A stretch of DNA of 50,200 nucleotides from Flavobacterium sp. GTDB taxonomy: Bacteria; Bacteroidota; Bacteroidia; Flavobacteriales; Flavobacteriaceae. Position 1 is the stretch's first letter; every line of letters starts with the position of its first letter. Position numbers and translations under genes: made by a program. Below, piece after piece: positions 48,656-50,200 of the stretch. Location of the stretch: positions 1 to 50,200 of the forward strand of contig JAGNSF010000001.1 in the NCBI GenBank assembly GCA_017988155.1. The letters run 5' to 3'. Below the pieces are notes generated by a model. That model saw only the letters and a program-made list of their open reading frames with translations, searched no databases and was not told the DNA's origin.

Positions 48656-49927
48656 ATGGCAAATCATTATCAAATACTTATTATCGGCGGAGGAAATGCA
48701 GGACTTTCTGTAGCTTCGCAATTACTTCGCAAAAGAAGCAGTCTTAATATTGCGATTGTAGATCCTTCCGAAAAACATTATTATCAACCAGCTTGGACAC
48801 TTGTTGGTGCTGGAATTTTCGATGTAAACAAAACAGTTCGAAATGAAAAAGACTTTATTCCCAAAAATACTACTTGGATAAAAGAAGCTGTTTCAGAATT
48901 TGAACCAACAGCTAATAAAGTAATATGCGCATCGGGTACCGAAATAACATATGATTATATGATTGTATGTCCAGGAATTCAACTCGATTGGAATAAAATA
49001 AAAGGGCTTAAAGAAACATTAGGCAAAAACAATGTTAGTAGCAATTATGATTTTAATTCGGCTCCATATACTTGGGAAATGATTAAAAATTTCAAAGGTG
49101 GAACTGCAGTATTTACAAATCCATCAACACCAATAAAATGCGGTGGCGCACCTCATAAAATAATGTATTTGGCTGTTGATTATTGGCGTAAAAAAGGAAT
49201 TCTTGATAAATGTGATATACATTATGTGTCAGGAGCTACTGTTATTTTTGGTGTTCCAGAATATAAAGCTACACTAGAAAAAGTGTTACTAAACGGAAAC
49301 ATCAAAGTACATTATAGTGCCAACACAATTGCAATTGATGGCAATACCAAAACAATAGAATTTGAAACTAAAAATACGGAGTTCGTTAAACAAAGTCTTT
49401 CAAAATCTGCCGCAGCTTGTTACAGTATTGCAGAAGGTAACGATACTGATTCAGTAAGTAGAGTTACTATGAATTTTGATTTGTGCCATTCGGTTCCACC
49501 ACAATCTGCACCAGATTTTATTAAGAATAGTCCTTTACGAGACCAAGCTAATGCGCTAGGCTATGTTGAAATTGATAAAAACACAATGCAACATTCACGT
49601 TTCCCGAATGTTTTCGCTTTAGGAGATTGTACGAATGCACCTTGTAGTAAAACAGGCGCAGCAATTCGTAAACAAGCGCCAGTTGTTGTAACCAACTTAT
49701 TAGAAGTAATGGATAAAAAAGCACTAACGGCAACATATGATGGTTACAGTGCATGTCCTATTCCTACTCAATATGGTAAGTTAATGTTGGCCGAATTTGA
49801 TTATTCAAATAAGCCAAAAATGACTTTTCCTTTCGACCAAGCAAAACCACGTTGGACTATGTGGTTACTAAAAACCAAAGTTTTACCTTGGTTGTACTGG
49901 AACAAAATACTAAAAGGAACTGCTTAA
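48656..49927 (+). CDS. sqr: Sulfide:quinone oxidoreductase (type II / SqrB-like)
   Basis: GGGNAG FAD motif, HYYQPAWT, IKCGGAPHK and YSACPI catalytic Cys, LAEFDY, LPWLYW. Confidence 0.82.
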   Translation: MANHYQILIIGGGNAGLSVASQLLRKRSSLNIAIVDPSEKHYYQPAWTLVGAGIFDVNKTVRNEKDFIPKNTTWIKEAVSEFEPTANKVICASGTEITYDYMIVCPGIQLDWNKIKGLKETLGKNNVSSNYDFNSAPYTWEMIKNFKGGTAVFTNPSTPIKCGGAPHKIMYLAVDYWRKKGILDKCDIHYVSGATVIFGVPEYKATLEKVLLNGNIKVHYSANTIAIDGNTKTIEFETKNTEFVKQSLSKSAAACYSIAEGNDTDSVSRVTMNFDLCHSVPPQSAPDFIKNSPLRDQANALGYVEIDKNTMQHSRFPNVFALGDCTNAPCSKTGAAIRKQAPVVVTNLLEVMDKKALTATYDGYSACPIPTQYGKLMLAEFDYSNKPKMTFPFDQAKPRWTMWLLKTKVLPWLYWNKILKGTA

Positions 49928-49952
49928 TATTTAGAGTTAATTTATGTGATAT

Positions 49953-49981
49953 ATCCCTTTCAATTTGAAAGGGATTTTTTT
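49953..49981 (+). terminator. Terminator after sqr
   Basis: ATCCCTTTCAA/TTGAAAGGGAT followed by a T run. Confidence 0.75.
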
Positions 49982-50043
49982 AAATAAGATATAGCACAGA
50001 ATATCAAAAGCTTATTAAATAATTTTAATTAAAATAAAAGGAT

Positions 50044-50200
50044 ATGGACGTAGAAATTCTTGCTCGAATTCAATTTGCTTTTACCGTAGCATTTCATTAT
50101 ATCTATCCGCCATTAAGTATTGGTATTGGATTAATAATGGTTATTATGGAAAGTCTTTACCTAAAAACAGGTAAAAAAGAATATGAAATTTTAACACGCT
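50044..50200 (+). CDS. cydA: Cytochrome bd ubiquinol oxidase subunit I (partial, runs off the window end)
   Basis: MDVEILARIQFAFTVAFHYIYPPLSIGIG: the LxRxQFAxTxxFH CydA N-terminal signature. Confidence 0.88.
   Translation, partial: MDVEILARIQFAFTVAFHYIYPPLSIGIGLIMVIMESLYLKTGKKEYEILTR

Overview
AT-rich Flavobacterium-like (Bacteroidota) chromosomal window. Most of it is housekeeping: a partial DUF5916-type gene, two identical tRNA-Gly(TCC), pepE, an M1 peptidase, rlmN, a polyprenyl synthase, dnaG, nadE, gldB/gldC, engB and a dcw cluster (mraZ to ftsZ). Four regions stand out. (1) At 39.5-40.1 kb a small stand-alone GIY-YIG nuclease gene is flanked by two identical 55-bp repeats. Each repeat is the 5' half of the adjacent tRNA-Arg(TCG) with the same 20-nt hairpin inserted into the D-arm; this is the best candidate for an undescribed system. 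(2) A 6.8-kb element is integrated at the 3' end of that tRNA. It has a 25-bp att duplication, arm-type repeats, a tyrosine integrase, an Xis-like HTH protein, a Rep-like protein with a predicted antisense RNA and a TerS-like protein, which suggests a minimal phage satellite. (3) A two-component cassette at 11.3-15.5 kb contains an unannotated 49-aa membrane peptide and a promoter-backed structured sRNA candidate with a G-rich loop. (4) The window ends in a Crp/Fnr, TauE, SQR, cydA sulfide-oxidation locus. All calls come from reading the sequence by eye; no searches were run.
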